Origin: Chrysomallon squamiferum
Taxonomy: Eukaryota > Animalia > Mollusca
Reading direction: 5' to 3'
Assembly (NCBI GenBank): GCA_012295275.1
Contig: CM022678.1
Span: 10,292,001-10,356,000, forward strand
DNA: 64,000 bases
Shown: positions 51,350 to 64,000 of the stretch, one piece after another
Position numbering within the stretch: the stretch's first letter is position 1
Layout: each line of letters opens with the position of its first letter
The notes under the pieces: generated by a model
The model's input: only the letters and a program-made list of their open reading frames with translations
Told to the model about the DNA's origin: nothing
The model's database searches: none
Translations under genes and position numbers: made by a program

Positions 51350-52579
51350 AACGAAGTAAGTGTTTAACCCACTGAAATAATATCGGGTCACGTCCCTGCT
51401 CCAAAACCGCTATCCCTAGAGGGGAAACGTTTCAGAAAATTGGCGCTGTTGGCTGCAGCAATATAAACTGTACAAGTGCGCGTCGGAAAAGGATAAGAAA
51501 AAACGAAAAGTTACAAGGCGCGCAAGGCTGGATTTCCCATACAGGCTTTCAAGGCTAAAGCCTAGGGCGGCAGGATGATAGGGGCGACAGTTTATGAAAA
51601 CTGTTACTGGCCAGTGTTGCCAACTGTGCGCCTTTCGCACACAACTGGGCGCTTTTTTGGGACATTGTGCGCTAAATTATCGAGTAGTGCGCTTTGGTAA
51701 AATGTGGGCTGTTTTGACCTAATTCAGTTAAATTATTATGACTAAGAATAAATATCTATTGGACCGAAACTTTGTAAAAATACTGATATTTTTCAAGTGT
51801 GTGCTGTTTCACTAAGAATTTTTGCGCTTTTCCGTAAGTTACTATATCATGTATTTCATATTATATAAAATAAACAAAGTGGGAAGGGTGAAGTGGGCTT
51901 GAAGAGGGGGCGGTTAAATTTCTATAGCCTTTGGGCGACAGGCAAAGTAAAACCGGCATTTCTGTCCCTTGCTGATGAGTCTGCAATTGAACTGTCGACC
52001 ACTTTTGTGTTTGAGGAAAATGATACTTTTTTTCTGTATTCGATAAACTGTTAAGTTTTAATAAACGAGTTTAAGATTTAAAAAATCCAATATTTGAAGC
52101 ATTTGTTATTTAATTTTTGGCAGTTTTTTTCTTCTCGTTATGATTATCATCATCATTATTGTTCTTCTTCCTCCTGTTTGCTGATATTATTGTTATGGTT
52201 GTTGTTGTTATTATTATTATAGTGTTGTTGATATTACTAAACTTTTTTTTTTTGAGGGGAGGGGTTGCGGATTTTTGTATGCTGTTTATTATTATTATTA
52301 TTTTTGGGGTTGTAATCGTTGTTGCTGCTGTTGTTTAGGCGCTCTCTCGGGAGTGGAAATAATAATAATAAGATTGCCTAAATTATTATTACCTGTTACT
52401 TTTTATTTATTCAGCAACTTAATAACGAACGTGTTCGAGATAGGAAGATTTTTCATAAATATACCTTTCGTATTCTGGCTGTGACATAGGGTGTTTTTTA
52501 AACTGTTTTATTTTCATAATTTACAATTCTATCGCCTGTTTGGTCGTGGAACAAACACTCAACAATGATTACACACACA

Positions 52580-52656
<77 letters not shown>

Positions 52657-54341
52657 CTAGCTGTTATACTTTGTCTTGTACCAGAATCAGACGCTTGGGA
52701 AAGGGTCTGTATCGAAGGACAACATCCAGCTCCAAACGGCTACTGTGGTTTTCGTATCAGAGATGTGATTGAAGCAATGCGCAAAATTCACCACCTAAAA
52801 GACCCTGTCGAAGCGTTCGAAGCACGCGTTTGTATGCATCAGTGAACAAGTAGTACAGAATTCAGTAGATAGCGTGCTCCTGGATTTACCTTTTTGATAA
52901 ATAACTTCAATACATGGATTAGTATCGAGAAAACAACAACGGCGACAACATCAATAAAAAATAAATAAATAAATAAATAAATAAATAAAAGATAAAAACA
53001 TATTATATCTAGATAATAATTAAAGTGTTGCATTTAAAATATTTCAGTCAGCTACTTCGTATTTGTATTTGATTGTAAAATTGTATTTAATATTTTGTAG
53101 AACTGGTTCCTATTAAATACTAGCACTAGCATCATGTAATTTTTAATACTTTATTAGCTTCCTCTTTAATATATTATTAAAAGCTAGACGATTAACAATA
53201 TGTACATATATGAAACGGGGGATTTTTGTAAATATATTTTTCATAATCTACAAGACATAGCGTGGGTTTTCAGCGCCCGAGACAATTTAAACTATTGCCT
53301 TCCTCCTAAACCATAACTTCTGTGAATTCTACTTTCCGTAATTACATATGCATTAAATTTATCTATCTGCTTATGTATTAATTAAAAAAAATTGCGTGTT
53401 TTCAGGCATCAAAATTTAAAACAAAATTATAACAGAATTACTGTAGAATTAGAGTCATATTATAGATACAACACTGAGGTTAGATGTCACGGCTAAGTTG
53501 CATTAGGAAAAGCTAAAAAAAAAAATGAATTTGCATACTTACGTCAAACAAATAAATAATATGTTGTATTATATTGTCAAGAATAACATTTGGGGGTGAA
53601 TTATGGAAGGAATTTACATTACTTCACAATTTTTTGTTATATTTAATAATTTTGCTTAACGCCACTGTAATGAGACAGCTTTCTTTCTTTCTTCCTTTCT
53701 TTTCTTTCTTTCTTTTTTCTTTCTTTCTTTCTTTCTTTTCTTTTCTTTTTCTACAGTTTAAAAAATATGTTTTATGGTTAGTAAATTTTGATAATAGTTT
53801 TATGAATAATCTTTATTTCTTAACCTAACAGTGTGTTTATAAACGTACATATTAATTTGCAAACAAAACAGGTTTAAAACATATCTGTATATCTCTGTAT
53901 CTGACATCTCTTAGTAGCTAATAAAGTATTAGAATTTAAGAAATTTCAACATGACCTGGGTTAATCTGCAGTCGCCGCAGGATGATTGATAAAGAAATAA
54001 AGTTTTAAGATTATTGCAAAGTTTTAGTTGAGTCATAAACGCTGACTAAAACCATTTAACTACAACACATCATTCAACTAAAAAACAATCACTGTGACGT
54101 CACACTTCTGGAAATGCGAGCGAGAATCTCAAGAGGCATAGCTTTCGTCAAGGATAACACTCGCACCTAAAGCTTTTAAGTAAAAAAGAGAAAGAAGAAG
54201 AAAGATATTTCTAGCTGAATACTGATAGTAAAATTTTGGGGTGTACCTTGCCATATTTATCTATCCATCCATCCATCCATCCATCCTTCCACCTATCTGT
54301 CTATCTATTTATCTATCTATCTGAAGACAGCGTGTGAGATG

Positions 54342-54373
<32 letters not shown>

Positions 54374-54375
54374 GA

Positions 54376-54423
<48 letters not shown>

Positions 54424-54439
54424 TAATCATCAATTAAAT

Positions 54440-57510
<3,071 letters not shown>

Positions 57511-58040
57511 GTAATTCAAATATAAATCTTTTTAATATCAGGCGTTCACTATCGTACCTCTAATCCCTACATATTAGATTTCTTTAATATTCCTAAACAT
57601 TTTGGGTCTTAAGCAAACAACAACAATAGAGATTATGACGACTTAATGAACAAAATGTTGATGGTTGAGAATTACTCATTACTTTGCAGTTTGTTTGACA
57701 AAGAAATAAAATATTATTGCAAAGTTTTAGCTGAGCCACAAACGCTGATAAAAACATTTAACTACAATCGATTTTTTCAACTAATAAACAATCCCTGTGA
57801 ACCATAGATTTCTTCAACGATAATACTGTCACCTTAGACTTTTCAATACAAAACTGTAAATATATATGTGTTTGTGTGTCAGTGTGTGTGCGTGTGTGTG
57901 TGCGTGTCTCCTTCACCTCTATCTATTTCTGACTTATCCTGTAAATAAGTTTGAATTAACAACTTATAGTTGTATAATAATAATAATATTTCATTCAAAT
58001 ATTAGGCACACATACCTACATTCATGTACACATATATACA

Positions 58041-58116
<76 letters not shown>

Positions 58117-58164
58117 TAGATATAGACTACACTCCCAAATTTTATTAATAGTTATCTAGAACAA

Positions 58165-58200
<36 letters not shown>

Positions 58201-58997
58201 ACACACACACACGCTTATATTAATATATGTAAAACGAGAAATGAGTTTGATAAAACAGTGTTTGAACACTGACTAGACTGGGATATAGGATTACCGAGGA
58301 ACACTGACATACTGACGACACACTGCATGTTAGGTTGATTCTCTGTGTATCAGGTTTACACAGACAAGAGCTATGTGTTTTACTGTACGTACGTTCTGCT
58401 CTGTATCGTACGGCCATCGGGTTAATCGTCTTATTGAATGTTTTTATCAAAACAGTATTGTCACGAGACGGCGACTGTATTCTGCATGGTATGTACGTTT
58501 ATATTTCTTTAGCGAGCAGAGGTTCGGATCACTTCCTTGTGAAAACAGCACTGATTTAAAATGAAGTCGCTGGTTGTTATATTCATATATTTTATATGTT
58601 TCGTTGTTAAGTATGGTAAGTATTTTTTATTATTATTGTTGTTGTTGTTGTTGCTGTTGCGAGAACTGGACTGATTTAAAATGAAATCGCAGATTATTAT
58701 ATTCATATTTTTTATATGTTTCGTTCTTAAGTATGGTAAGTATTTTTTATTGTTATTGTTGTTATTATTATTATTATTATTACTATTACTATTACTATTA
58801 TTATTATTGTTGTTGTTGTTGTTGTTGTTGTTGTTATTGTTATTATTTCACTCGCCTTAAGTTCTTTTAACAAAACAAGTGTATTTTATTATAAACCTTT
58901 TCCTTTAAACGGAGAATATTTGTTTCACAACTCAGTCTCGTTCTGTATTTAAAAATGTGGTAACATGTTAATTAATTTGTATTAATTAAACTTTTAG

Positions 58998-61164
<2,167 letters not shown>

Positions 61165-62687
61165 GTGAGTATTTGTGTTTTAACGAGTAATCTTGAAATG
61201 TATTAAATTCTAATACTTTATTAATTAGATATAGATGTTTTTTATGCCAGTTTTATTCGCCAAGTAATATATACATTTATAAATACATACGTTTATATAC
61301 ATTTATAAACACATACGTTTATATACATTCAAAAACACATACGTTTATAATGTATACGTTGTTAGGATATGAAATAAATATTATTCTTAAAATTATTATC
61401 AAAATTTACTAAGCCATAATAAAAGTAAGAAAGAAAGAAAGAAAGAATCCAAGTTGTCCCAAGTATATGATTTATTATAAATTGTCAATTCCTAATAAGA
61501 AGATTCTACAACATCGGAAAATAATTACAAAGAGTCTGATTAATATCGGCATCTGATTAGTATTGGTAATGTAACAAAAATATACTCAGCACGCACATTA
61601 CTGTACAAATATAATTCTGTTTTGTAATGTTTCAAACGATTGTAGCACAGTGGTTAGAGCGTTCGTGATAGCTCTCACACATTATCTTACCGATGCTTAG
61701 TCCTATCACAGTAAGTTATGTCCAGTTCCAGACAGAGCTCATGACTGATTTATCAAACACTGTAGTGTTTTACTTATTTATCAAAATAACACTGGATATA
61801 AAACAAGCCTTTCTGTCAATTCTAAAAAAGTGTAACCTATGAGGAGGCGACCGAGATTTCTTCTCCATGTACATCACTACTGAACTATTTGCTTGTTATA
61901 ACCGTCAGTAATAAAATAATCATTTGTGTTCATTAATTCACACAAACAAACGTTAAAGGTAAATGTAAATTTGTTTAATATATCCTAAATATTAGCTTCT
62001 CATAACCATATCATTATTGAGTCCTTGATTATATTAGAGATATTAAATGGGGAATAGGTTTATATAATATATATTTATCCACAAAAGTCACTATTTTTAA
62101 TTGTTTTTTTTTTATCTGTAGGTAATTACGAATACAGTGTTAACCAATACTTGCAAAATGCAAATACAAATACATATGTCTCCTATTACATTTAGAAGAT
62201 AAAAACATTAACATAAATTCATTTATTTATTTAAAATGCTAGAATACTATATACATTCAAAGCTCGTTATATCAGTGACTATATAAACAAGTATGTGATT
62301 TAGCATGAGTAATACACAATATTCCATTTGTATAATGTTGCATGTAATAACTTCAGAAATACATGAGTGACTTTTTCAAAGTTTCAATCATTCCTCTCTT
62401 TTTAGTTGACCTAGAAGTAAAAAATATAATATAATATCATGTAATATAATATCCACAATATAATATAATATAATATATAGAAAAATTCACATTAATTATA
62501 GACAGACATTGATAGATTTATAGGCAGATACATCAACCGACAAACAAAAACACAGAGACAGAGACACATAGAGACAGACAGACATAGATAGACTGATAGC
62601 TAGACATCTAGATGGACAAACATATATATATATATATATATATCCGTCACACAGTGCCACAGAATAGATATACAGACATATAGATAT

Positions 62688-62770
<83 letters not shown>

Positions 62771-62897
62771 AATATATACAGAGAAAGGTAATTATATAAA
62801 TAAATGGTTATTCTCATACATTTATTTTCTGTATTAAATAATACCAATAGCAAGGTCTTACCTAGAAATATCTGTGTTGTAATAACTGGGTGATTCC

Positions 62898-63334
62898 TCA
62901 ATATCTGATTTTGTTGTAAGGATTTTGTTCACTTCTCTCACCTTCCAGTTTAGAATATGAGTCTCTCAGTTCTTCGTTATCTGAAACACAACATTAATTA
63001 CTTCTGTCTTAATTTAATCAAGTACTGTCATGTATTAATTAAGCTCTTCTTTCATTTAACCTCTATTCCTCTCCTTATGACTAATATTTCAAACAAAATA
63101 ATTAAAATAAATGATTAAATAAAAAATAAAATCCATATTAATAATATTTAAAATCAATAACACTAGTAATTAAACGACTAATGATTGTCTATCTATCTCT
63201 CGATCTATCAACCTATCTATCTATCTATCTATCTCTCTCTATATATATAAAGTAAATATGTGTACCTGTTTTTACATCATCATACGGAACCAAGTAACTA
63301 TCACCCAAAGTATTTCTTGAAAGATCTCTGTTTT
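62898..63334 (-). CDS. Gene E (partial): 3' tail exons of a gene C duplicate, running off the window end
   Basis: Exons 63334-63266 (DSYLVPYDDVKT) and 62980-62862 (YSKL-x9-YNKIRY, stop at 62900-62898) are identical in coding sequence to gene C. A further exon starts at 62410. Confidence 0.8.
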
Positions 63335-63350
63335 CTGTTTAATAAACAAA

Positions 63351-63389
<39 letters not shown>

Positions 63390-63460
63390 AATTAAAAACA
63401 TTTTGCAATCAAACTGAATTAATATAATATCTGTTGTGAATATGTTTTATTCATTCATAT

Positions 63461-63547
<87 letters not shown>

Positions 63548-64000
63548 ATATATATAAAATAAAATACTGAACAGATATGAACCTAATATTTGATTCATCT
63601 CATGCAACTACAGCAACAAAAGTAAAGATACAACTACTACTGTCAGAAATGCTACTGCTATCACCAAATACTACTCAACAACGTTTATATTACTAATGCT
63701 CACACTTGTACTATCATTACTACTGTTACTATTACTACTACCACTACTATTACAGCAACTATTACACTATTATAACTGCTACTGTTACAACGTATACCAT
63801 TATACTACAACTACTATTACTCTTATTTCTACTAGTATTGCAACTACCACCACTGTTACAATTTGTATTGCTAATATTATCTATACTACTACAACCACTA
63901 TCATTACGACACTACTACACCTACCGCTACCACTGCTACTACTACTACTACGAACTACAATAGCACTGCTGTTGTTACTACTACTAATGTTACTACTTTT

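Larger units (their letters stand above)
48501..53613. mobile_element. Segment bounded by ~510-bp imperfect inverted repeats (foldback-like, no transposase ORF seen)
   Basis: 48501-49018 is the reverse complement of 53110-53613 (for example gtctcgggcactgcaagcccacgctatgtcttgtagattatg versus cataatctacaagacatagcgtgggttttcagcgcccgagac). No TSD recognised. Confidence 0.6.

Overview
AT-rich, microsatellite-dense animal genomic DNA with spliceosomal introns. It is probably molluscan (an inference from the CxADCxPxCxxxW-type Ig domains, the BIR-BIR-UBA IAP and the repeat landscape). The window is dominated by a rapidly turning-over cluster of paralogous single-pass receptor genes with a CUB-(Ig)n-TM-tail architecture, reconstructed by hand from GT-AG exons that join in frame. 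Gene A (+, 430-7510) has CUB+5 Ig+TM and a 13-residue tyrosine-free tail. Gene B (+, 13794-25607) has CUB+7 Ig+TM and a multi-exon tail rich in tyrosine motifs (YDCL, YFVP, YLVP, YSKL-x9-YDRM). Gene C (-, 30628-33579) shows only TM and tail before an assembly gap, with an ITIM-consensus VPYDDV and an ITAM-consensus YSKL-x9-YNKI. Also present are a nonsense-disrupted, truncated copy of B (gene D), a copy of the 3' end of C (gene E), two degenerate relics and orphan exons. 53.8-64 kb is a direct segmental duplicate of 8.4-31.8 kb with a ~12.9 kb deletion. Between the two blocks lie an intronless BIR-BIR-UBA IAP with two homopolymer frameshifts, a TRIM-type RING relic, an ankyrin-repeat relic, a TA-flanked MITE with a paralogous empty site, a ~5.1 kb segment bounded by ~510 bp inverted repeats, and several tandem repeats. 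Start codons and signal-peptide exons of the receptors are not securely identified, and no database search was possible.
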